Shown here: positions 47,369 to 55,206 of the stretch, in pieces
Layout of the letters: each line of letters begins with the position of its first letter
How positions within the stretch are numbered: the stretch's first letter is position 1
DNA from: a virus
Lineage: Duplodnaviria > Caudoviricetes
Strand: one strand, 5' to 3'
Virus record (IMG/VR): IMGVR_UViG_3300028194_000318
Location: 1 to 63,194 of that record
Length of the DNA stretch: 63,194 bases
The notes under the pieces: model-generated
What the model was told of the DNA's origin: nothing
Seen by the model: only the letters and a program-made list of their open reading frames with translations
The model's database searches: none
Translations under genes and position numbers: made by a program

Positions 47369-47770
47369 TTAAAGTTGAATGATTGTGTCACCACTATTGA
47401 TGACATCTGAAATTGGTATTGTTATGTAATAGTAGTCATCTTCCCAACCGCTTGGGTTAATAAGATACTGTCCATTACTGAATATATAATAGTCTGGATT
47501 ACTATTAGCTGAATCAAATGACCAAGACAACCATCCATTCATAGAGTGTGGTGGTGGTGTAGTAGCCATGTATATATCAAGATATACCTGATAATTATCT
47601 TGTGACCAAGCATGTGATCTAAATGTACCATTAGACTCTTGTCTTTCAAAGTACATAGTGATAGTATCATTTGGGTTTAGCTCAAATAAATTGCATGTTG
47701 GTTCTAACTCTTCTTTGACACAAGAAGACAATGATAGGATAAGGCCTATACCTAATAGTAATTGTTTCAT
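47369..47770 (-). CDS. Lipoprotein
   Basis: Lipobox MKQLLLGIGLILSLSS-C, followed by VKEELE. Confidence 0.8.
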   Translation of the reverse strand: MKQLLLGIGLILSLSSCVKEELEPTCNLFELNPNDTITMYFERQESNGTFRSHAWSQDNYQVYLDIYMATTPPPHSMNGWLSWSFDSANSNPDYYIFSNGQYLINPSGWEDDYYYITIPISDVINSGDTIIQL

Positions 47771-48041
47771 AATTTTGGTTTTTATATATTTATTCTGATT
47801 AAGGATATTCCGGGTACTATGTCTATTATCCTATAGAGGAAGACAAACATAATACCCTTGTAGTAGTGTTGAGTGTAATAGCTACACTTGTTGTAACGTT
47901 AGCTATATTTATACTTATAGCACGTGTAATAATTATTATGTGGTAAAAGGTGGTAATAAGTGGATATAAGACCACCTATTCAGTGTTACACACACATTTA
48001 ATTAATTATTACCAAGTTTTATTAGTTATTAGTAACAAAAC

Positions 48042-48065
48042 ATAGTTAGGGAGCAGATTATAGTA
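48042..48065 (-). repeat. Early-region repeat, copy 1 (candidate early promoter)
   Basis: ATAGTTAGGGAGCAGATTATAGTA (+ strand reading) versus ATAGCTGGGGAGCAGAACCATAGTA at 48554. Confidence 0.6.
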
Positions 48066-48115
48066 AAGTAGTAGAGCAGATGGCAGTAACTACGCTGCTA
48101 ATGTGTCCCTTAATT

Positions 48116-48146
48116 AAAAAACAACCAGGCTTTTACACCTGATTGC
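48116..48146 (-). terminator. Intrinsic terminator
   Basis: GCAATCAGGT/GCCTGGTTGT stem plus T-run, after the 48160 gene. Confidence 0.65.
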
Positions 48147-48159
48147 TTTTGTTCTCAAA

Positions 48160-48492
48160 CTAGTTGGATGCTTCAACCCATCTTAGGTTGGTTTCTTCAC
48201 CTGTGTTTAAGTCTACTACTGCATTATCACTCAACTGGAATCCTGGCATTTCATCACCTTGATTTAGTTTTGTTTGCAATGCTTTAATAGTTGGATGTTT
48301 AGCACCCATTACTTTGTTTGTTTCAGGGTCTATAAGACTTAGAACTCCAAAGGTTACATTACTACTTGTTCTTAGAGCAGTCTGCATTCCTGCAATCTCT
48401 CTCTTTGTACTTGAGATAGGCTTGTCTGTTACAATGATTGTAGCAGTTCCTGTGTTCTCATTGATTCTTAGTTTTCTAAAGAATACACTCAT
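48160..48492 (-). CDS. First gene of the minus-strand block, hypothetical
   Basis: 110 aa, flanked by the repeat copies and a terminator. Confidence 0.75.
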   Translation of the reverse strand: MSVFFRKLRINENTGTATIIVTDKPISSTKREIAGMQTALRTSSNVTFGVLSLIDPETNKVMGAKHPTIKALQTKLNQGDEMPGFQLSDNAVVDLNTGEETNLRWVEASN

Positions 48493-48553
48493 AATTATAA
48501 ATATTTAATTAAGTTATTGAGGATTACTTACGGGGGTATCCCTGCCTCAATAT

Positions 48554-48578
48554 ATAGCTGGGGAGCAGAACCATAGTA
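48554..48578 (-). repeat. Early-region repeat, copy 2 (candidate early promoter)
   Basis: Matches the copy at 48042. Lies in the divergent strand-switch region. Confidence 0.6.
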
Positions 48579-48728
48579 CATCTCAAGCATGCAAAACACA
48601 CAACTTTTTGGTGGGGGAAAAAATTTTTTTATATCCGGTGAGACAACATTAGTTGAGTGAACACTTTTATAAAATCTAAAAAATGACTATATTGTTCTTA
48701 TAGAAGAGTTACTAACTAAATATATACT

Positions 48729-49040
48729 ATGGGAAATTGGGATGATGACTCAGGTGATGAGACAAATGGACTGAGTGAAATAGAACAAATGCAGCTTGAT
48801 GCAGTGCTATTACAGACAGCTTATAGTAATGCCTGGAAAGTATTGTCCGGCCAAACTACATTTGAAAATATGATGCAGAATCAATTTGATAATGGCGTAG
48901 AGTTAATTTTACCGTATGATCCACAACATGGACCCAGAGAAGAAGAGTTAGAAAATATGATTGCATATTACATAGAGACAGAAGAATATGAAAAATGTGG
49001 AGTATTAAATAAAATGTTAAAGGAAAAGTATGGCAACTAA
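48729..49040 (+). CDS. Acidic protein with a C-terminal UVR-like motif
   Basis: YYIETEEYEKCGVLNKML. Confidence 0.65.
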   Translation: MGNWDDDSGDETNGLSEIEQMQLDAVLLQTAYSNAWKVLSGQTTFENMMQNQFDNGVELILPYDPQHGPREEELENMIAYYIETEEYEKCGVLNKMLKEKYGN

Positions 49041-49188
49041 TGATAGAAGAATAAATTTTATTTTGGATAAAAAGGTACAGCAGACTGCTAATCCATTTAA
49101 TTACTTTATTAATCAGGCACCCCGTGTAAGAGGTGGACAAAAAGAATTTAGTCATACTGTAGCTAAAAATAAAAAGAATGGCCGTTAA
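49030..49188 (+). CDS. 52-aa basic peptide (not in ORF track)
   Basis: MATNDRRINFILDKKVQQTANPFNYFINQAPRVRGGQKEFSHTVAKNKKNGR. Overlaps both neighbours. Confidence 0.6.
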   Translation: MATNDRRINFILDKKVQQTANPFNYFINQAPRVRGGQKEFSHTVAKNKKNGR

Positions 49189-49375
49189 GAAAAAGAAAAA
49201 AAGTACCGTAAATAGTTCTGGGAATTATACAAAACCTGGAATGCGTAAAAGATTATTTAATTCAATCAAAGCAGGTGGTAAGGGTGGAGCACCAGGACAA
49301 TGGTCAGCACGTAAAGCACAAATGTTAGCTAAACGTTATAAAGCTAATGGTGGAGGTTATAAAACAAAGAAATAA
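49178..49375 (+). CDS. Basic protein resembling the DUF5872 N-terminal part
   Basis: YTKPGMRKRLF...KGGAPGQWSARKAQMLAKRYKANGGGY. Confidence 0.7.
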   Translation: MAVKKKKKSTVNSSGNYTKPGMRKRLFNSIKAGGKGGAPGQWSARKAQMLAKRYKANGGGYKTKK

Positions 49376-49542
49376 TGAAAGGAGTAAAACACTATTTAAA
49401 AAACGGAACTGAATGGAAAGGTGGTATGCACAAAATGGCCAATGGTAAATTACATACTGGTAAGAAGCATACTAAGACTAGTAAGCCTTTAGTTCATTTC
49501 AAAGACTTATCTAAAACAGCTAAACTAAAAGCAAAGAAGTAA
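49375..49542 (+). CDS. 55-aa His/Lys-rich peptide (not in ORF track)
   Basis: MKGVKHYLKNGTEWKGGMHKMANGKLHTGKKHTKTSKPLVHFKDLSKTAKLKAKK. TAATG coupling on both sides. Confidence 0.8.
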   Translation: MKGVKHYLKNGTEWKGGMHKMANGKLHTGKKHTKTSKPLVHFKDLSKTAKLKAKK

Positions 49543-49784
49543 TGGCTAAGACTAAACAGCAAAAAAGTCTTACTAGATGGACTAAACAGAAGTGGACAAC
49601 TGCATCAGGAAAGAAAAGTTCTGAGACAGGTGAAGTATATGCTCCAAAAAAGACTATTGCTAAGTTAAAGAGTACTAAAAAAGGTAAAGCTAAACTAGCT
49701 GCAGCTAATAAAAAGAAAAGAGCCGCAACAAAAAAAGGTAAACAACATGCTAAACATGGGTTACACAAAGGAAAAAAACGTTAA
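49542..49784 (+). CDS. Basic protein resembling the DUF5872 C-terminal part
   Basis: QKSLTRWTKQKWTT...TGEVYAPKK...ANKKKRAATKKGKQ. Confidence 0.7.
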   Translation: MAKTKQQKSLTRWTKQKWTTASGKKSSETGEVYAPKKTIAKLKSTKKGKAKLAAANKKKRAATKKGKQHAKHGLHKGKKR

Positions 49785-49799
49785 TTTAAAAATAAAAAA

Positions 49800-50132
49800 A
49801 TGAGTACAATACTACAAGACATGATGGGCATGTTAAAACAAAAAGGTACAGTTACCCCTAAAGCGGATAATTATATTACAGTAGCTAGGTATCCTAACCC
49901 ACAAGAGAGATTAAAACCTCAACCTAAGTTACAAACAGAATTAGTTACACTAAGTCAGTTAAAAAAATTTACTGATCAGAAATTAAATGCTATATCAGGA
50001 ATAGGTGTATCAGCTCATAAAGATGATGCAACAGCAGGGGCTGCTGGAGTTCAAGCTGGTAGTGTATTTCAAACAGACGGTACAGGAGCTGCACCATTAA
50101 ATGTAGCAGGTATAGTAATGATCAAACAATAG
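49800..50132 (+). CDS. Short fibre-like protein with shared N-terminal anchor domain
   Basis: MSTILQDMMGMLKQK...PKLQTELVTLSQL, with a C-terminal DDATAGAAGVQAGSVF knob-like motif. Confidence 0.65.
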   Translation: MSTILQDMMGMLKQKGTVTPKADNYITVARYPNPQERLKPQPKLQTELVTLSQLKKFTDQKLNAISGIGVSAHKDDATAGAAGVQAGSVFQTDGTGAAPLNVAGIVMIKQ

Positions 50133-50134
50133 TA

Positions 50135-50425
50135 ATGGCAAAGAAGAAAGATAGTAGACTAGCAAGAGCAGGAGTATCTGGGTTTAACAAACCTAAGAGA
50201 ACTCCTTCTCACCCTAAAAAATCACACGTAGTTGTGGCTAAGGTGGGTGATAAAGTAAAAACCATTAGATTTGGTGAGCAAGGTGCTAGTACAGCTGGTA
50301 AACCTAAATCTGGTGAATCTGCAAAAATGAAAGCTAAAAGAAAATCTTTCAAAGCTAGACACGGTAAGAACATTAAGAAAGGTAAAATGAGTGCTGCTTA
50401 TTGGGCAGATAAAGTAAAATGGTAA
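50135..50425 (+). CDS. Basic viral protein
   Basis: KTIRFGEQG...RKSFKARH...SAAYWADKVKW. Confidence 0.8.
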   Translation: MAKKKDSRLARAGVSGFNKPKRTPSHPKKSHVVVAKVGDKVKTIRFGEQGASTAGKPKSGESAKMKAKRKSFKARHGKNIKKGKMSAAYWADKVKW

Positions 50426-50431
50426 TGAGTT

Positions 50432-50698
50432 ATGAAACAGGCAGACTTAATTAAATTAGGATTTAAAAAAATAAGTCCATACAGTATACTAGATTTAGAT
50501 CTTCCTGATAATGTATTTTATTATGAAAGATCTTTTGGACAGTTAACCTTTTTGTCTGGGGATAACAATGAAGCAGAGATAGACGGATCTTGGTATGTAA
50601 CTACACCATGTCAGTCTTTAAAATTCCGTAGTTATACAGAGCTTAAAAGCGTAATAGATATATTTATACGTAATAAGGTTTCTGAAATAATTCAATAA
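50432..50698 (+). CDS. Hypothetical protein
   Basis: LIKLGFKK N-terminus. Confidence 0.7.
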   Translation: MKQADLIKLGFKKISPYSILDLDLPDNVFYYERSFGQLTFLSGDNNEAEIDGSWYVTTPCQSLKFRSYTELKSVIDIFIRNKVSEIIQ

Positions 50699-50725
50699 AC
50701 TTTTTTTATTTAAACTAATTTTGTA

Positions 50726-50733
50726 TATCTTTG
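50726..50733 (+). promoter_or_regulatory. Bacteroidetes -7 element
   Basis: TATCTTTG upstream of the 50760 gene. Confidence 0.65.
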
Positions 50734-50759
50734 CTAATATTAATTTAAAATATTAGAAG

Positions 50760-51062
50760 ATGTCAAAAAAAACCAACACAGCTCCACTCAATGAAAAGGA
50801 TCCTCAAATGAGTAAAGAGGAGATGAACAAACGTAGAGAAGAAATCACTGAATTTTACAAGGATAACATTCCTCATCTTGAGATACAAGCTGATTATGAA
50901 ATGTTATTGGCTCAAATTGAAAAGTCAAGAGCTGAGCGTATGCAAGCACAAATGTTCATGGCTCAACAATATGCTACACAAAAAGAAGGAGGAGTTGACC
51001 CAAACTCTGAAGAAGGTAAAGCTTTTCAAGAAGCAATGGCTCAAGCTGTTAATCCAGAATAG
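50760..51062 (+). CDS. Coiled-coil hypothetical protein
   Basis: 100 aa, helical. Confidence 0.75.
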   Translation: MSKKTNTAPLNEKDPQMSKEEMNKRREEITEFYKDNIPHLEIQADYEMLLAQIEKSRAERMQAQMFMAQQYATQKEGGVDPNSEEGKAFQEAMAQAVNPE

Positions 51063-51064
51063 AT

Positions 51065-51988
51065 ATGAGGCAGCTGAAGTTAGGAGATAGAGGTTCAGAA
51101 GTAAAAACACTACAAACTAAATTGGGTATACTTGTAGATGGACACTTTGGACCAATTACAGAAAAACATGTTGAAAGATTTCAATTAACTATGGAGTTAC
51201 CTGTAACAGGTATAGTTGATAGTGACTGTTGGGTTATTTTACTTAATGTAGAGAATTTAAATCTAGATGCAACAATTGATGAAGATACAGATATTAATAA
51301 ACAATATTTTACTACATCATATGATCAAGTAATTCATAAGTATTACCTACCTAAAGGTGAGTATTTAAAAGGACCAATACAAAATGAATATATTTTTTTA
51401 CATCATACTGCTGGTAATTCTAATCCTTATAGATGTATTGATCATTGGGGTAGAGATACTAGGGGGAGAATAGCCACTGAATTTGTATTGGGTGGGGTTA
51501 ATCATAGAAATGGTAATGATGACCATGATGGTGTTATGCTACAAGCTTTCCCAAAGGGAGCACAAGGTTGGCATTTAGGTAGAACAGGATCAGGATATAT
51601 GAACCGTCATTCTGTAGGAATTGAATTATGTAACATGGGTTATTTAGATAGTGACTATAAAACATATGTCAAATCTAAATGTCAGGAAGAACAAGTAGTT
51701 GCTTTAGATGAAGCTTTTAAAGGTAAACTTTATTGGCATGCTTACAGTGAAAAACAAATCAAAGAAACAGAAAAATGGATTAGATGGGTGGGGGAAAGAG
51801 ATGAAATAGATATTAGACTAGGATTAAAACAGTTTATTAAAAAACATGGTCCAACAAAAGGTTTTGATTTTCAAGATGATGCATTCTATGGTAAAGTAAA
51901 AGGGTTATTAACACATACTAACGTTAGGAAAGGAAAAATGGACTGTTATCCTCATCCTGATTTTGTAGATATGATAATGAGTTTATAA
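51065..51988 (+). CDS. Endolysin: PG-binding domain plus N-acetylmuramoyl-L-alanine amidase
   Basis: LKLGDRGSEVKTLQ...DGHFGPITE...TGIVD, then IFLHHTAG, WHLG, SVGIEL and THTN...KMDC. Confidence 0.9.
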   Translation: MRQLKLGDRGSEVKTLQTKLGILVDGHFGPITEKHVERFQLTMELPVTGIVDSDCWVILLNVENLNLDATIDEDTDINKQYFTTSYDQVIHKYYLPKGEYLKGPIQNEYIFLHHTAGNSNPYRCIDHWGRDTRGRIATEFVLGGVNHRNGNDDHDGVMLQAFPKGAQGWHLGRTGSGYMNRHSVGIELCNMGYLDSDYKTYVKSKCQEEQVVALDEAFKGKLYWHAYSEKQIKETEKWIRWVGERDEIDIRLGLKQFIKKHGPTKGFDFQDDAFYGKVKGLLTHTNVRKGKMDCYPHPDFVDMIMSL

Positions 51989-51989
51989 T

Positions 51990-52361
51990 ATGGCAATAGT
52001 ACAAAAAGTAGAGCTTAAATTACAGACTTCTTTAGATATTACAATGAAGTATCAAATAATAACTTATTGTTTCTTTAAAGATATATTAATAAGTAATTCT
52101 GATTTAAAATTTTTAACTGAATTAGCAAAGACTGGTAAAATTGAGTTAACTAAATTTTGTAAGAGTTTAGTAGAAAAGCAAATTTTTAAAAGTCCTCAAT
52201 CAGCAAGAAATGCTATAACTAAAGCAGAAAAAAAGGAATTATTATTTAAAGAAGGCAATAATAAAAAAACAATTATGCTTAATAAAGATATTAATGTACA
52301 GACTGAAGGCGTAGTATTATTGGATTATAAAGTACTTGGGCGTGAATCCAAAGAGTCATAA
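51990..52361 (+). CDS. Putative DNA-binding (wHTH-like) protein
   Basis: SPQSARNAITKAEKKELL. Located in the capsid-module leader. Confidence 0.55.
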   Translation: MAIVQKVELKLQTSLDITMKYQIITYCFFKDILISNSDLKFLTELAKTGKIELTKFCKSLVEKQIFKSPQSARNAITKAEKKELLFKEGNNKKTIMLNKDINVQTEGVVLLDYKVLGRESKES

Positions 52362-52698
52362 GGAATTTAGGAAAGACCTAGCTGATAAAGTAGGTGTACA
52401 TCAATCAGTAGTTGATGATTTTATTGCTTTTTACTATGCTAAAGTAAGAAGTAATTTATCTAGCTTAGTATTTCCTAGAATAAATGTAGATGGGTTAGGT
52501 ACTTTTTATTTAAGAAAAGGTAAGTTAGATAAAGCAATAAAAAAGAATAAAAGTATATTGGGTAACCTAGCTAAAAGAACATATGTAGGATTTGCTAAAA
52601 GTGAGGATATACAAACTAATATTGTTCAAATGGAAAAAGCAATGAAGCAAATGGAACTTGATATTATTAAAAAGAAAAAATTTAGAAGTGAAAAGTAA
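52336..52698 (+). CDS. IHF/HU-like protein
   Basis: DLADKVGVHQSVVDDFI...INVDGLGTF. IHF-like genes are typical of the crAss-like capsid module. Confidence 0.75.
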   Translation: MGVNPKSHKEFRKDLADKVGVHQSVVDDFIAFYYAKVRSNLSSLVFPRINVDGLGTFYLRKGKLDKAIKKNKSILGNLAKRTYVGFAKSEDIQTNIVQMEKAMKQMELDIIKKKKFRSEK

Positions 52699-53014
52699 AT
52701 GGTCAAAATATTTAGATGTATTTAAAAATATAGATAAAATTGCTGAAGGCATTAAAAATAATACATTTAAAAAAGAACATATTGAAGCAGTTGCTACTGA
52801 TAGATTTCAGATATGTATCAAGTGTTCTTTGTTTGATGCTAAAGGGGATGATTGTTTAGCTCCTGGTACACAACCTTGCTGTTCAGATTGTGGATGTAGT
52901 TTAGCTTTTAAAGTTAGATCATTGTCAAGTGAATGTCCAAAAGGATATTGGAGTGCATTAATGCCAGAAGAAACAGAAGAATTATTAATTAAACAAATAG
53001 AAAAAAATGACTGA
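52688..53014 (+). CDS. Cys-rich metal-binding protein
   Basis: RFQICIKC...CCSDCGC...CPKGYW. Probable GTG start. Confidence 0.7.
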   Translation: MKSKWSKYLDVFKNIDKIAEGIKNNTFKKEHIEAVATDRFQICIKCSLFDAKGDDCLAPGTQPCCSDCGCSLAFKVRSLSSECPKGYWSALMPEETEELLIKQIEKND

Positions 53015-53195
53015 AAAATTAACCAAAGCACAAATTGTAGGTGAACTATTAGCAGAAGAACAAATTACTGCTGAAGAAGCTATAACTTTACTAAGTGAGA
53101 AGCCAACCACTGTAGTTTATAATATAGTAGCTCCATCTAAACAAGATATACCACTATATGGAAATATGTGGACTGCTAATACAACTCTAGACTGA
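53007..53195 (+). CDS. Small SHOCT-like protein
   Basis: IVGELLAEEQITAEEAITLL. Confidence 0.55.
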   Translation: MTEKLTKAQIVGELLAEEQITAEEAITLLSEKPTTVVYNIVAPSKQDIPLYGNMWTANTTLD

Positions 53196-54013
53196 TGGCT
53201 ATTTCATTTAAAGAAGAAGGACACTTATATGAAAGTATAGATGATGCTAACATTACTTGGCTTAGTGTAACATCATTTATAGGTAAGTTTAAACCTAAGT
53301 TTGATAGAGATGGTCAAGCTGTTAAGTCTTCAAAGAACAAAAGATCTAAGTGGTATGGTATGACCCCTAAAGAAATTATTGCTGCTTGGGATGGTGAAAC
53401 AAATAGAGCAATTACTTTAGGTAATTTTTACCACAATCAAAGAGAAGCAGATATGTTAGACTTTAAAACCATAGAACGCCATGGTGTTGAAGTACCTATT
53501 GTTAAACCAATAGTAAATGAAACTGGTGTTAAGTTAGCACCTGTTCAGAAACTATCTGAAGGAGTGTATCCTGAGCATTTAGTATATTTAAAATCAATTG
53601 GGGTATGTGGACAAGCTGACGTAGTAGAAGTAGTAAATGGTTATATAAATATAAATGATTATAAAACTAATAAAGAAATAAAAGAAAAAGGATTTACTAA
53701 TTGGGAAGGAATCACAAACAAGATGTTTAGGCCTGTAAACCATTTAGATGACTGTAATTTGAATCATTATAACCTACAGCTCAGTATTTATGCGTATATT
53801 ATTAAAAAGCATAACCCTAAACTAAAGATTGGTAAACTTACTATACAACATGTTAAATTTAAACAAGTAGGTACTGATACAAATGGCTACCCAATTAATG
53901 AACATGTCAATGGTGAGCCAGTATTAGAAGATATAAAAATATATGAATTACCATATTTAAAGGATGAGGTTAACTCATTAGTGATGTGGTTAAAAGATAA
54001 CTTAAATAAATAA
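53195..54013 (+). CDS. PD-(D/E)XK nuclease
   Basis: SVTSFI, GNFYH, GQADVV...INDYKT, YNLQLSIY. Confidence 0.85.
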   Translation: MAISFKEEGHLYESIDDANITWLSVTSFIGKFKPKFDRDGQAVKSSKNKRSKWYGMTPKEIIAAWDGETNRAITLGNFYHNQREADMLDFKTIERHGVEVPIVKPIVNETGVKLAPVQKLSEGVYPEHLVYLKSIGVCGQADVVEVVNGYININDYKTNKEIKEKGFTNWEGITNKMFRPVNHLDDCNLNHYNLQLSIYAYIIKKHNPKLKIGKLTIQHVKFKQVGTDTNGYPINEHVNGEPVLEDIKIYELPYLKDEVNSLVMWLKDNLNK

Positions 54014-54018
54014 ATACT

Positions 54019-54363
54019 ATGCCTAGAATTCCAATTTTTAAACCTGACTATAGAACCCTTACTAAATGTGAGATACTAGTTGATTATGATCCTGATACTG
54101 GATCACCAACTAAACTAACTTATAATAAACAAACACCAATATATATTGATGTTAATGAAATAGTTGGTGTATCAAGAAAGTTTGATCCATATGATAATGT
54201 TTATTTACCTGTGTGTACATTAATAATGAAAAATGCATTTAATGTAGATCAGTCAAGTTTTGGATTACATGTAGTAAACAGTTATAATTCTTTAGTTGCA
54301 ATACTAAACGCTAGAGATTGTAATGATTTATGTACTGACGGCTGTGCTAATTGTCCATCTTAA
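54019..54363 (+). CDS. Hypothetical protein with C-terminal Cys cluster
   Basis: CNDLCTDGCANC. Confidence 0.65.
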   Translation: MPRIPIFKPDYRTLTKCEILVDYDPDTGSPTKLTYNKQTPIYIDVNEIVGVSRKFDPYDNVYLPVCTLIMKNAFNVDQSSFGLHVVNSYNSLVAILNARDCNDLCTDGCANCPS

Positions 54364-54372
54364 TAAAAGCTT

Positions 54373-54891
54373 ATGATAGTAAAATTATTTGATATACAGA
54401 ATAGTAAACTAATATTAACAGAACACTGTTATTCCCTTCCATTTTTAAAAGGTATTATGGATGAATACCCTGATACACATATGCAGATATATCAGTATTT
54501 ATTTTATATGACTTGTCCTAATCCTGATTTAAATCCTTTTTTTAATTTACCAGAACATGAAAAGGAAGATATAATAATTGAAGAGATTGGTTTAGAAGAG
54601 TCACCAGAAGATCCAAAGATTAGGTATGGAATAGACATGTGTAAAAAAATGTATGAGACACCTACTTTTAGGGCTTATGTAGGTATTAAGGCTATGTTAG
54701 ACAGACTTGCTAAGTATATGGAGGTAACACCCATAGAACATGGTAGAGATGGTAATATGAACTCTATGATTAATGCAGCTGCTAAGTTTGAAAATATCAG
54801 ACAATCATATAAAGGAGCTTTTACTGATATGAGAAATGAACAAGAAAGCTCAGTACGTGGTGGTGCAGGTCTTGCTTATGACCAAATGTAA
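54373..54891 (+). CDS. Conserved packaging-module protein (terminase small subunit candidate)
   Basis: Helical protein ending VRGGAGLAYDQ, two genes upstream of terL. The call is positional. Confidence 0.5.
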   Translation: MIVKLFDIQNSKLILTEHCYSLPFLKGIMDEYPDTHMQIYQYLFYMTCPNPDLNPFFNLPEHEKEDIIIEEIGLEESPEDPKIRYGIDMCKKMYETPTFRAYVGIKAMLDRLAKYMEVTPIEHGRDGNMNSMINAAAKFENIRQSYKGAFTDMRNEQESSVRGGAGLAYDQM

Positions 54892-54924
54892 ACAAAGTTT
54901 AATTATAAAAAACCAAATAAAAAG

Positions 54925-55206
54925 ATGAGAAATCAAACAGTAGTACCAGTAGGAATGAAATTGTTAATTAAAGAAATAAAACCAGAGACTAAAACTGCAT
55001 CAGGTTTATATTTACCTGAACAATTTTCCAAGCAAACTTTTCAAGGTACAGTTGTAGGAAGAGGAGATGAAGTAACGTCAATACAAATTGGTGATACAGT
55101 GCAATATGCAGATCATGCTATGCCAACACCAATGCAACATAATGGGGAAGAACACTTATTATTGCAATTAGGAGATGTCTATGCAATTATAAGATATGAT
55201 GAGTAG
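54925..55206 (+). CDS. groES: Co-chaperonin GroES/Cpn10
   Basis: PVGMKLLIK, mobile loop ETKTASGLYLP, GTVVGRG, IGDTV. Confidence 0.9.
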   Translation: MRNQTVVPVGMKLLIKEIKPETKTASGLYLPEQFSKQTFQGTVVGRGDEVTSIQIGDTVQYADHAMPTPMQHNGEEHLLLQLGDVYAIIRYDE

